The notes beneath the pieces were generated by a model, which saw only the letters and a program-made list of their open reading frames with translations, was not told the origin of the DNA and did not search any database. Below, in pieces: positions 1-10,357 of a stretch of DNA of 64,000 nucleotides (position 1 is the stretch's first letter; each line of letters starts with the position of its first letter). Made by a program: the position numbers and the translations under genes. Origin of the DNA: an uncultured archaeon. GTDB lineage: Archaea; Asgardarchaeota; Lokiarchaeia; Sigyniarchaeales; SOKP01. The stretch spans positions 840,242-904,241 of the forward strand of contig CAZALK010000001.1 of NCBI GenBank assembly GCA_964486045.1, in the 5' to 3' direction.

Positions 1-773
1 AATGTTAAATTCGGAATCTTACAAGCTTTTTCTTTAATTTCTTTCCAATATTCAATGTTGGTTCCCTTGTTACAGATCATTATAAAAGTTTGATTTGGAA
101 AGAAATCGGGGATTTTTAAATAAATTTCAGGTCTCTTCCATCTTATATCTCGACCAACCCATAGAACAGTATTTTTCGTTTCTAAATTAGGGGATTTGAT
201 ATGATATCCGCTTTTAATAGCTGATATATTGAAAATCTTCCGATTTTGCCATTTTTCCAGAATTTTTATTTGATTTAAGTTTTGGGCAATTAAATATGAC
301 GCTCGAGTTAATCCATATGCATATAACTTTCCCAATATTCCCTTAGCAGCTACTCCATTCACGTTGTAATCATGTGCAATAGAATATACAAATCTTTTCC
401 TAAATATTTTGCAATAAAAGGCAATTATCCCCGTTTCAGGAGTAGCACTGCGCTGAATAATGATGTCTGGATTTAATTTAATCAATTTAAGAAAAAGTAA
501 GATATACCTTTTCATTGAGATAATTGCATTTCTATTAAGTGGAATTGCAATGTATAATTTTATGTTTTTATGTTTTTTTGTTTTTCCTTTTTTTAAGTTA
601 TAATCTCCAGTAATAATATTAACATCAAAATTTTTACTTTTTGAAAATACTTTAGAAAGAAAAAATAACTGAACTTCTGCCCCCCCATAAGGAACTTTCA
701 TTTGAGGGAAAAATAATGAAGTTATGTGAAATGATACTATACAAATTCTAATTTTCTTTCTTTTACTTATCAT
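1..773 (-). CDS. GT4-family glycosyltransferase, N-terminal part (runs off window start)
   Basis: Not in the ORF track. Manual translation from ATG at 773: MISKRKKIRICIVSFHITSLFFPQMKVPYGGAEVQLFFLSKVF... with the GGAE motif, and later VLWVGRDIRWKRPE. Confidence 0.85.
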   Translation of the reverse strand, partial: MISKRKKIRICIVSFHITSLFFPQMKVPYGGAEVQLFFLSKVFSKSKNFDVNIITGDYNLKKGKTKKHKNIKLYIAIPLNRNAIISMKRYILLFLKLIKLNPDIIIQRSATPETGIIAFYCKIFRKRFVYSIAHDYNVNGVAAKGILGKLYAYGLTRASYLIAQNLNQIKILEKWQNRKIFNISAIKSGYHIKSPNLETKNTVLWVGRDIRWKRPEIYLKIPDFFPNQTFIMICNKGTNIEYWKEIKEKACKIPNLT

Positions 774-899
774 AAATTCATCAAACTTCTATAAAATTAA
801 TAAATTGTAAAAACAGGCTAATTTTACAAAATGATGATCATTTATAAGTATTTTTATTGTTCTAAAGGGTTTATTTGAAAACAATTTCCTCTTATTATT

Positions 900-1630
900 G
901 ATTTTATACAGTTATAGTTAATAAAGATCTTTACAGCATCTATTTTGAGCTTATTGGAATTAATGTGTATTCTAGACTAAACCCTTTTTTACAGTTTTTG
1001 CATTTAAAATATACTCTTTCGTGTCTAATTCAGCGATAAAAGCAACGCATCCCAAAATCCGGATAGTCCTGATCTTATATGCACGTCTTTTTATATCACT
1101 TGTATAACAGAATGGACACTTCTCCGGGTAGAAATTTACATGGGAATGTTCAGGAATTTCCAATTCTTTCCCATTTTCCACAGGTTCTTCCCTTTAATTA
1201 ATTATTTTTTTGCGAATTTAAAGATCATGTCGAAACTTAAATTAAAGAAAACAGAAAATATATACTATTACAATTAGTAGAGAGTCAGCTTAATATAATG
1301 AGGAAATCTACAAATTTTATAAAAAAAGTTGAAGAAATCACAAATAATGTCGAGTAAGGCATGATAAATATTTCATATCTATCTTTTATTGTTCATACTC
1401 TTACAATAAAAAAATAATTCCAGAAATGGATGTGGATCTAGTATTTTACTAATATTCTGCACTTTAATTCAAAACCTTCTTTTTTTAGTTAATTTAGATC
1501 CCATAGAAGGTCATAGAAATTATGAAGAAGTCATAATGATTTTTTTGGATAATATTAAAACGCTTAATATAAAAAATATTGATTTAAATAAAAAAAGATA
1601 TTTGGAATTTTGATTCGAAAGATTGAATTT
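900..1630 (+). pseudogene. Decayed class I SAM methyltransferase relic, paralog of the 9432-10284 gene, split by an IS remnant
   Basis: 900-944 matches 9532-9576 at 39/45 nt. 1428-1630 aligns with 9635-9868 (ggatgtggatct..., ttagatcc..., aaagatatttgg..ttttga..cgaaagatt). Confidence 0.75.
945..1200 (-). mobile_element. Transposase N-terminal zinc-finger remnant (ISL3-like)
   Basis: ORF 972-1181 has CPFC..KRRAYKIRTIR. An alternate frame continues R*IRHERVYFKCKNCKKGFSLE, completing a CxxC...CxxC zf-ISL3-like pattern. Frameshifted, no catalytic domain seen. Confidence 0.6.
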
Positions 1631-1903
1631 ATCTTAACATAAAAACTAAAAGAAGGAAAAGGTTGTAATAAAAAATCTTGATGGTGATATGGATTTTGAT
1701 CTCAGAAAATTGTTTCGGATTAAGAAAAGAAGTATATTTCAACATTTTAGAGATGAGATACAATCGAAAAATCACTTTTATTCGAATTTTATTTAAGAAG
1801 ATTGAAAAGAGGGAAGAAACTATTAGATTATTGCTATATCGATAAATTCAAAAACAAAAACATAAATTACGATACAAATTATAATTGATAAAAACAATTT
1901 ATT

Positions 1904-3874
1904 TTGAAAATACGAAATAAAAAAATGCTACAAAGAAGTAATGAATCGACATCTTACCATTTTATAAATATAAAGAAAACCAACCTTTATTACTTCATAC
2001 TTGTTTTATTGGCAATTATGTCTCCATTAACTTATTATCCACGCATTTATGGAGTAGATGGATTTGAATTAATGTGGATGGCAAATGCTCTTAGAGATGG
2101 GGCATTATTTTCTGAAAATACTTGGTTGATCCATCCTACCTCCTACTTTGGGTATTATCCATTTTCACATCGAGCGATAGGCGTTCCTTTTTTCTTTGCC
2201 TTTTTAATAAGTCTTCTGTCCTTCCTTTCATTCGGTATATTTGGCATAACTGAAGCTATACTAGTTTTGGATATAATACTCATCATAATTATCTATAAAT
2301 GCTCTCGAAATCTCGGAAATACACTATTTGAAGAAGGATGGAGTCGATTTATATTCACAGCAGCTATATTATTGGCCCCTGATATACTTCACGAAGTCAC
2401 AATGATCGTTAGTGCAAGAATTATTATAACAATTGTCATGATTGTTCTTTTAAATATGAATTTAAAAATATTTACTCATGATAAGAATAATAAATTTAAA
2501 ACAGCGATTTTCATGTTTTTACTCCTCTTGGTTGGGGCGTTGACTCACAGACTTTGGATAGGTACACTCATAACAATAATAATTATGATATATATCGTTA
2601 TTATTAGGAGATATAAAACATTACAAAAGCTAACTGTTTTTTTAATTCTTCCAATAACTTTAATTGCTTTTTTCGTTGGAGTAGGATTTTTCGGGATTAT
2701 GCCTCGTTATGGTCTTGACAATCCAAAATTATTTGAACTAATTATTTTTGTTTCCAATTATTATGTATGGAGTTTCGGATTAATTTCAATTTTCTTTCCG
2801 GTAGGAGTAATAATAACCCTTTATAAACTAACAACTTTATTAAAAAAAACTGATGAAAATAGAGCACAACTCAACAATAAAAATCAGCAATTCCTAAGAA
2901 AGAATGTTTATTTAATACTTTTTATTATTCCCTTTTTCTTTTTGCTCCCTAACGTGTTTTATACAGTGATCCTATTTTTACCCATAATAATTATTATTTC
3001 CGTGAATGGACTAATTTATATCAAAAACTTTATTTCAATCTTTTCTAAAAAATTAGATTGGATTTTCCCCATAATTATCTTATTTCTATTAATAGTTTCC
3101 TACATTGTAAGAATCGAAATTTTTGACCAAACAAAAATTGATCCTTGGTATGTATTTTTATTCTCACTTATTGCATTAACCTTATTTCTACTTAGTTTCA
3201 TAGTGAATAACCACAAAAAACTATATTTTTCCCGATCTTCATTTGATCCTATTATTTTAAAAAAAGGGATCTGGATTATAGCATTAACAATTTCAATTTT
3301 TGCATTTTCGACAACAAGTGTGCAGACAGATAGATTTAGTCGCAGTAGCAGTCATTATCCATGGGAGAATAGGTATCTGACAGTAGAAGAAATCGAAATT
3401 ATAGATTATTTTCAAAATGAGGACATTGATGGATTGATATTTGTTTGCGATAAATATATATCCCTTAGAATTGCTGGACTAGGATTTTTACCTGCTTTTA
3501 ATGGTCGTTCATTAATCGGAGACAATTTATGGTATGGTGTAATTAGTCCAAATGAAGTTTATGAGGGCACAGAATTTTCATTTTCATTCTCTAACTTGTT
3601 TTCACAACAGTTTTTCACTTTTAGGCCTAAAGATGCCTATTACCTTTATGAAAGCCATCCTTTAGAGGTTTTAAATGTAAATATAAGAAATTTAAATGTA
3701 ACAATTCCAGAAGAGCGTGAACTTTTGCGATCGAATTATAATGTGCAATATATCATTTCAGTAAACAACACATATTCACATTACACACGTGATTGGAGAT
3801 TATTTCGATCTTTAGAGCAGTCAGAATTACAACCTGTTTTTTCCACTCAACATTTACTTGTATGGAAAATATAG
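1904..3874 (+). CDS. Polytopic membrane protein, putative GT-C-fold glycosyltransferase
   Basis: Many hydrophobic helices, first external loop with Asp (GVDGF..YYPFSH), soluble C-terminal domain ending YNVQYII..LLVWKI. Real start may be the ATG at 1925. Confidence 0.6.
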   Translation: MKIRNKKMLQRSNESTSYHFINIKKTNLYYFILVLLAIMSPLTYYPRIYGVDGFELMWMANALRDGALFSENTWLIHPTSYFGYYPFSHRAIGVPFFFAFLISLLSFLSFGIFGITEAILVLDIILIIIIYKCSRNLGNTLFEEGWSRFIFTAAILLAPDILHEVTMIVSARIIITIVMIVLLNMNLKIFTHDKNNKFKTAIFMFLLLLVGALTHRLWIGTLITIIIMIYIVIIRRYKTLQKLTVFLILPITLIAFFVGVGFFGIMPRYGLDNPKLFELIIFVSNYYVWSFGLISIFFPVGVIITLYKLTTLLKKTDENRAQLNNKNQQFLRKNVYLILFIIPFFFLLPNVFYTVILFLPIIIIISVNGLIYIKNFISIFSKKLDWIFPIIILFLLIVSYIVRIEIFDQTKIDPWYVFLFSLIALTLFLLSFIVNNHKKLYFSRSSFDPIILKKGIWIIALTISIFAFSTTSVQTDRFSRSSSHYPWENRYLTVEEIEIIDYFQNEDIDGLIFVCDKYISLRIAGLGFLPAFNGRSLIGDNLWYGVISPNEVYEGTEFSFSFSNLFSQQFFTFRPKDAYYLYESHPLEVLNVNIRNLNVTIPEERELLRSNYNVQYIISVNNTYSHYTRDWRLFRSLEQSELQPVFSTQHLLVWKI

Positions 3875-4164
3875 ATTTATCAAATTGTAATTTCCTTGCT
3901 TAATAATAGGTGAAACCAATTTAGGAAATAAAAATAATGCTAGTTGAGGATATTTTGAATATTAATAAGCCTATCGAGATAATAGTTAAAAAAATAAAGA
4001 AAAATCATATTTTATATGAAAATCGATATAAAAATTAGCGATCTTATCTATTTCAAAACTAAGAATTAACCTAAAAAATTATCAGATGTGTTTCAAATTG
4101 GTAGATCAGAAAACTCCTTATCTCGAAGAATAAAACAGGGAGTTAATAAGATTTCAGTCATCCT

Positions 4165-5643
4165 TTAGGTGGTCCTTTCATAAAATAAAATTAATTTTTT
4201 ATACTTATTGTACTGAAATAAGGATGTGAAAATTCCGAAATTTCCTGGTTTTATAAGTTTCAAATCAGTTAAAACGCGAATAAATAGGGAAATTATCTCA
4301 ATCATGGCTTTGCCCATTGAAGCCGGTAGTTTCTTACTTAATTTTCCCATTTTTTGGAACTTTCCTTGGCCAATCACTTTAATAAATCCAATCCTCTTAC
4401 ATTCCTCCCTCTTTTTTGTGGGGGATTTTTTATGCCTAATTCTTGAAAGGACTAATCGATTGCTTTTTATTGAAGGAGGATTTGTATTTTTTATAATATC
4501 TTTATAAACAATTTTCCATTGATTTTTAATAGAGCTTTCAGAATACCTTTTATACGCTATTTCTTTAATATATTCCCCATTAAAAGATTCAATATTGTTA
4601 ACTATGCTGAGCATAGCTTTTGCTAATAAATTTGAATCTCCTTTTTTGACGATTTGACCTAGTTGATTGGATGTGATAATTGATTCTGGGCCCCCGCATC
4701 TTGTTGCAACAACAGGTTTTCCAGCAGCAATCGCCTCAAGTGCGGGAATACCAAATGTCTCCTCATCGCTTGGGATTACGCAGCAATCACAAGAATGAGC
4801 CAATTGATGGATTTGTTGCCTTGTTGCAAAGCCATTAAGCAATATGTAAGGTTCCATTTCAAGTTCAGTAATCAGATTATTTATAATTTTCTGTTGCTCA
4901 ATTGGTTCAATATCTCCTGCAATCACCAGTCTAGTATCTGGTCTTTTTTCGAAAACTTTTGAAAATGCTCTTATTAGAAGATCAAGTCGCTTGATATATC
5001 TCCATCTTGTCCATCCTGCAAAAATGAAGTAATTTCCCTCAATCTCCTTGATATAATCCTTCTCTTTAGGTTTACTAAAAAACTCTTCGGGGATCGCATT
5101 GGGTAGACACTCAATATCATTTCTGATCCCCAAATTCCTCATAGTTTCTACCAATTGAGGTGAAACTGCTAAAACTTTATCCGCCTTTAAAAAAGCTCTC
5201 CTAAGATTACGGGGTATATCATCTATTCCATTTGTTGCTCTTTGATAAATAGATCTATGTTCACGAATAACAAATGGGATGCCAATCTGATCCTTTATGA
5301 ATGTTGCATGAATAGCTGGATCATTTGAAAGGCAATAAGATAGAATTACATCAATTTTTTTTTTCTGATGATATTTTTTAACTGATTTAGACAAACACGA
5401 ACTTCTATAATAATGGTAAGCTCTATTGGAGAATACGCGGATCATTCGTGATTTTAAGTTTTGAAAAAATGTAAGAGTATCTAATGTCTCCCAATTATGC
5501 GATTCCTCAATTCCAGTTGACAGTAGCAATATCTTAAAGCCTATTGCCATATGAGCCCTAATCGTCGCAGTTATAGCATCACCTTTAATTAACTGAGAAT
5601 TTATCTCAGAGGGGATATCTCGGAGTATGATTAAAATTCTCAT
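4165..5643 (-). CDS. GT4 glycosyltransferase with basic C-terminal extension
   Basis: ETFGIPALEAIAAGKPVVATRCGG (EX7E) motif. Confidence 0.9.
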   Translation of the reverse strand: MRILIILRDIPSEINSQLIKGDAITATIRAHMAIGFKILLLSTGIEESHNWETLDTLTFFQNLKSRMIRVFSNRAYHYYRSSCLSKSVKKYHQKKKIDVILSYCLSNDPAIHATFIKDQIGIPFVIREHRSIYQRATNGIDDIPRNLRRAFLKADKVLAVSPQLVETMRNLGIRNDIECLPNAIPEEFFSKPKEKDYIKEIEGNYFIFAGWTRWRYIKRLDLLIRAFSKVFEKRPDTRLVIAGDIEPIEQQKIINNLITELEMEPYILLNGFATRQQIHQLAHSCDCCVIPSDEETFGIPALEAIAAGKPVVATRCGGPESIITSNQLGQIVKKGDSNLLAKAMLSIVNNIESFNGEYIKEIAYKRYSESSIKNQWKIVYKDIIKNTNPPSIKSNRLVLSRIRHKKSPTKKREECKRIGFIKVIGQGKFQKMGKLSKKLPASMGKAMIEIISLFIRVLTDLKLIKPGNFGIFTSLFQYNKYKKLILFYERTT

Positions 5644-5798
5644 CTAATAGCTCCTTTATTTGCCAATTATACAGTTTAATTTCCTGAATTGGTAGAGTAA
5701 ATAAAATATCATTTAAGTAATTAATCTTTCTTCTTAGAGATTAGTCAAAATTTTTGTTTTTGAAGAATTTAGGGGAATAACAGGGAAAAACTTGAAAA

Positions 5799-6695
5799 TT
5801 AACGGTACCTTTGATAGATCTTTTTTAAATTAACAAATTTACTTAATTTTTTATATAATTTAGAAAGTAGATTTGACGAAAGAAGAATCAAATGTATTCT
5901 TATTAGGTTTCGTGCATACAATTGGGAATTCATAAAAATAAGATTATCTTGTGATTTTGCCTTTCTATCTTCTTCAGCAATTAAGATAAAACCATTCTTT
6001 TTCATTAGTTCTACCGTTTCTGGTTTTAACTTCTGGTTCAACCAAACTTTTTTATTTTCTGTCTCAACATGAATAAATAATACTTTTTGTATAATTTCAC
6101 TAATTCCTTCTAATACTTCAAATGATGCACCCTCAACATCAATCCATAATGCAATAGATGTAGGATTAAAATTTAAATTCTTTACAAAGGTATCTAAACG
6201 GATTGAAGTAGTTATAATTTCTTTAGTTCCCAAACTACCCGATTTCCTTTTCTTAGTTGAACTGATTCCTCTTCGCCATTCTTCACCAGTTGTTTGCGAT
6301 AATTCTTCTATAAAAAATTTAATATCCCCATCCTTATTCCAAACTACTTTTTCTTCAATATTAATCTTTTGTTTTTTAAATATCGGGTTTCTATGAATCA
6401 GTTCTATGTTATTGGGGTTTGCTTCAAAACATATAATTTTTCCATGAGGTAAATCTTTTCTGAATCGAAGTGCATCCATACCATCCATCGATCCAATATC
6501 ACAAATTAAATCGGGTGAAAAAATTTTTATTAAGAATTGAAAAATGATATGTGTTTTATGTGGCATAAAAATCTTTTCAGGTGAAAGTGTTTTTATTAAG
6601 AATTGAACAACCGTAGCTGACTTATTTCGCATATTTATCAATATTTTAAATAATTTTTTGAATTGCTCCTTTAGTAAAAAGGAGATCATCATCAA
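5799..6695 (-). CDS. FkbM-family methyltransferase
   Basis: CDIGSMDG, FEANPNN and WIDVEGASFEVLEG motifs. Confidence 0.85.
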   Translation of the reverse strand: MMMISFLLKEQFKKLFKILINMRNKSATVVQFLIKTLSPEKIFMPHKTHIIFQFLIKIFSPDLICDIGSMDGMDALRFRKDLPHGKIICFEANPNNIELIHRNPIFKKQKINIEEKVVWNKDGDIKFFIEELSQTTGEEWRRGISSTKKRKSGSLGTKEIITTSIRLDTFVKNLNFNPTSIALWIDVEGASFEVLEGISEIIQKVLFIHVETENKKVWLNQKLKPETVELMKKNGFILIAEEDRKAKSQDNLIFMNSQLYARNLIRIHLILLSSNLLSKLYKKLSKFVNLKKIYQRYR

Positions 6696-7141
6696 AACAG
6701 GTTTATTTTTATTTTTGTGTGTAACTATTTTTCAATCCAGATAATCTAAATCAACAATATCACTTTATAAAATTTATCTAATTATATTAAAATCTTATCA
6801 AATTAGGAGTTTATGTGTATTTAAAAAAAATTGATTTAACTTAGAAAACCAGAATAATCCTCATAATTTTTTCTGAATATGTTCTCAAAGGAAATTTGAT
6901 TTCACCACTTTATTAAAGTATTTTTGTCGAACTAAATAATTGATTCATAGGTCATAAAATTAATTATTATTGTTATTAAGAATTATTTTACTCTTTTTAT
7001 TTAAAAAATAGTCTTAATACCTTCTTGGAGATATTAATTATGAATTGCATTATTTTAGTATTATTTATGTGATTTAAGAGAAAATAAATGATTTATGGAT
7101 CACAATAATTTATTAATAAATAGAGATTATATACTCAAATT

Positions 7142-8110
7142 ATGGAAGAAAATATATGTATTGTTGTGGTAGCTGGAGGAGATTTCTTCCAAGATTACAT
7201 CCCTATTTTTATATATTCTGTGCTGAAATCTTATCCAAACTATACTGTTATTGTCTATGTCGTTGGAAGACTAAAAAATCATCTTATTAAATCAATAGAT
7301 TTGCTCAAATCCATAGGAACTTTTATTATTAAAGAGAATGCAATATCTAAAATTCTAGACTTGAAAATCTCCTCGGATAATGAATTTAAAATAGAGAAAG
7401 ATTACCTAGATAAGAAATTGACTAGTAAACTCGAAAGATATTTAAGATGGATTATTATTGATGAAGATTTAATGACTTTTAAATATATATATTTTGGAGA
7501 TATAGATATTTTTATTGTCCCAGAAAAACTAAGCTTATTAGAACAACATAAAAATCATATGACAAAGACAAATTTATGTTATAGTAATAAACTTAGAGAT
7601 GCTACTCAGAAGTTCGATAGATTAACTGGATTACATTTTATCAAAACAAAAGAATATTTTGAAAAGACAAGAAACGTCATAGAAAAATATCAGAACATGA
7701 TAAAAAATAGAAATTTAAACATTGATAATGATGAAAAACTATTATATAAAATTATTTTTGAGTCAGATTTAGAAATGATTTCACGTAATGAAGATTTTCG
7801 TCCTAATCATGGGATACATTTTGGTCTGTTTAAAAGCTTTAGCATTAGTTACTTAAATGAAACATTCAGTCATTTTAAGTCATATGCTAAACCATTTTTA
7901 AACATGATTAAAGATAAATTATTTATTCAAATATTTAAAAACATAAAACATATTGAGATGAAGGTGTTGATTTTAAGAGCAAAATGGAATTACAAAAAAA
8001 AAGTCGAGAGGATATTTTATAAGAAATTTGTCTATTTTTTTTTAGAAGTTATATTGACACTGCTACATTTCCTTTTATTCTTGAAAAACAAAACCTTCAG
8101 AGGGATTTAA
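7142..8110 (+). CDS. Putative GT-A-type sugar transferase
   Basis: DxD motif (YFGDIDIF), DEKLLY, and glycan-locus context. Confidence 0.5.
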   Translation: MEENICIVVVAGGDFFQDYIPIFIYSVLKSYPNYTVIVYVVGRLKNHLIKSIDLLKSIGTFIIKENAISKILDLKISSDNEFKIEKDYLDKKLTSKLERYLRWIIIDEDLMTFKYIYFGDIDIFIVPEKLSLLEQHKNHMTKTNLCYSNKLRDATQKFDRLTGLHFIKTKEYFEKTRNVIEKYQNMIKNRNLNIDNDEKLLYKIIFESDLEMISRNEDFRPNHGIHFGLFKSFSISYLNETFSHFKSYAKPFLNMIKDKLFIQIFKNIKHIEMKVLILRAKWNYKKKVERIFYKKFVYFFLEVILTLLHFLLFLKNKTFRGI

Positions 8111-8302
8111 TTGAATTTAAAAAAGTGATGAAGTAGAAAGATCACAACATACATTATTTCTTTATAAGATTGTGGTGTATTTTCTATATATGAAGATAAT
8201 TATTGATAAATTTCTTAAATTGGACTTCAACTTTAATTTATGTATATAAATAATCAAAATTTAAAACAAACTCTTAGGTAATATAAAAAAAGGTGCTTTT
8301 AC

Positions 8303-9439
8303 ACGAAAAAAAATATTTTTATAAATACCAACATTGATAATATTAGAATAAGAAGGATCTTTTTCATATTAAAAGAAAATAAAAAATATAAGACTCGTTA
8401 TAACCCATTTAAAAGAGAAACTTTCCTAATTAAAGCGGAATCGATTATTGGTGGTTTGAAGCTACTTTTTTGGATTTTTAAGAAAATTAGAGGGGCTGTA
8501 AGTATCATATATTCGTTACTTTTTATCTTTACAGTTGATTATTACGTTTTCAAAGGTGGTAAAATAAAAGAAATTAAATTAGCCAAATTACTCAGAAAGA
8601 AGATAATTTATGATTTTAATATATCTAAGTATGATACTTATGTTTTAGATAGGAAAATATATCTTAAAAATAGTAAAAAGGCAAAAAAATTAAAAAGCTA
8701 TGACAAATTCATCTTAGAAAACTCTGACTTAATTATATTCCTTAATAACGCTGAAGCAAAATATTATAGTAAGGTAGTTGGAGTTAATATTAGTAAGATC
8801 AACTATTCAATTCTTCCTTTAGCAACAGAAAAAAAACCAGTTGCAAGTTTAGATTTTTTTTATAACAAACGAGAAGTTTTTAATATCTGTTGGTGGGGAA
8901 GTTACATACCACTTCATGGTCTAGATAAAATTATAAACACAATGAAAGTATTAAAAAATGATTATGAGTTTAAATTTAAATTATATATTTTAGGCAATTC
9001 AAAACAGAAATCAATATTGTATGAAAAAATCGTAAATAAAAATAACTTAAATGATGTTATAGAAATTAGAAACGACTTAACTTTTGCTGATAATAAATTA
9101 GAAAAATTCCTCGAACATAAATGTGATTTGGCTTTAGGCGTTTTTGGTCAATCAAGAAAAGCAAAAACAGTAATAGCAAATAAAATTGTAGAGGCTTGTG
9201 CGATGAAAATTCCTATTTTAACGGGATTTTCGACAGGGATGAACGAGTACTTCGATCCTGATAATAGTATTTATTTTTGTAGAAACGAAATTTATGATAT
9301 AGCTAAAAAAATTATTTTTATATCCAATAATAAAAGAGAATCATTAAAAAGGGCAAATAATAATTTTTTGATTTATAAAAATAATTTTTCAATTGAAAGT
9401 CTTGGAAAAAAATTGAATGAGATACTTGATTATGTTTAA
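8303..9439 (+). CDS. GT-B (GT4-like) glycosyltransferase; start uncertain (ORF track TTG 8456, frame open from 8282, ACG at 8303)
   Basis: WWGSYIPLHGLDKII and DLALGVFG..KA..VIANKIVEACAM motifs. Confidence 0.8.
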   Translation, partial: TKKNIFINTNIDNIRIRRIFFILKENKKYKTRYNPFKRETFLIKAESIIGGLKLLFWIFKKIRGAVSIIYSLLFIFTVDYYVFKGGKIKEIKLAKLLRKKIIYDFNISKYDTYVLDRKIYLKNSKKAKKLKSYDKFILENSDLIIFLNNAEAKYYSKVVGVNISKINYSILPLATEKKPVASLDFFYNKREVFNICWWGSYIPLHGLDKIINTMKVLKNDYEFKFKLYILGNSKQKSILYEKIVNKNNLNDVIEIRNDLTFADNKLEKFLEHKCDLALGVFGQSRKAKTVIANKIVEACAMKIPILTGFSTGMNEYFDPDNSIYFCRNEIYDIAKKIIFISNNKRESLKRANNNFLIYKNNFSIESLGKKLNEILDYV

Positions 9440-10284
9440 ACAAAAAAAATTTAATTTTGAACATTATTTCGATCTTGAGATAGATAATCTTTCTAAAAAT
9501 ACTCAGAAGTCAAAATTCGTTGCGTTTAAAAGATTTTATACAGTTATCGGGAATGAAGATTTTTACAGCATGTATTACCTATTAAAAGAGTTAAAAAAAT
9601 ACCTCTCTTTTGCAAAAAAAAAATTCTAGATATTGGATGTGGATCTGGTAGATTTTTAATACTCTGTACTTTAATTGAGAATCCCCTTTATTGTGTTGGT
9701 TTAGATCCTGCAGAAGGCCTTGGAAGTGATAAGAATACCATTCAAAATTTTAGGGAAAATATTGAAACATTAAATATTAAAAATATTGAAACATTAAATA
9801 TTAAAAATATTGAAACATTAAATATTAAAAATATTGAAGTAATGAGAAAAGATATTTGGGATTTTGAGCCGAAAGATTTAAAATTTAATATAATTGTCGC
9901 ACAAAATTCTTTACACCATATCATTGAAACTTCAAAAAATCTTTTAAATAGTGATTCTAAAAAAAAAAACATCGTGAGTTGTTTTTAAATTTTTTTAACT
10001 CTTTAGAAGATAATGGTGTTTTCATAATCAAGGAGGCTTCCAAATATAATTTGGCCAGATATTGGCCATTTTATGGAAGATTATTAAAAACTATAAATAT
10101 AAATTAGGAAACAAAACATAGCCCGAAGGAATATATAAGAATTCTAAGAGAATGTGAATTTCAGATTAGTGTAAAACTGTTTAAAGTACCGTATAGTCTT
10201 GATAAAATCAGAAGATTTCTCTCTAATCCATTTGCAAGCTTCTTTATTAACTCAACATATTTCATCATAGCATCGAAATCTTAA
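9432..10284 (+). pseudogene. Class I SAM methyltransferase, disrupted
   Basis: LDIGCGSG lies after a frameshift at A10 (9614-9623). Second frameshift at A11 (9959-9969). In-frame TAG at 10105. Reconstructed end ...YFIIASKS* at 10284. Confidence 0.85.
9758..9838 (+). repeat. 24-bp tandem repeat x3.4 (aatattgaaacattaaatattaaa; NIETLNIK)
   Basis: Perfect units start at 9758, 9782 and 9806, with a partial unit at 9830. Confidence 0.95.
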
Positions 10285-10357
10285 TTTCTTAACTTTAATC
10301 TTGGAATTATCTTTTTGATAAATTCCCTTTTGGATAATAAAACTTGTCTACTAACAA

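Noticed and set aside
9758-9838. 24-bp repeats as a possible CRISPR array
   Set aside because: The units are contiguous with no spacers and lie in frame within a gene.
10105-10107. In-frame TAG as pyrrolysine recoding
   Set aside because: The gene also has two frameshifts, a TGG-to-TAG mutation is simpler, and there are no pyl genes in the window.
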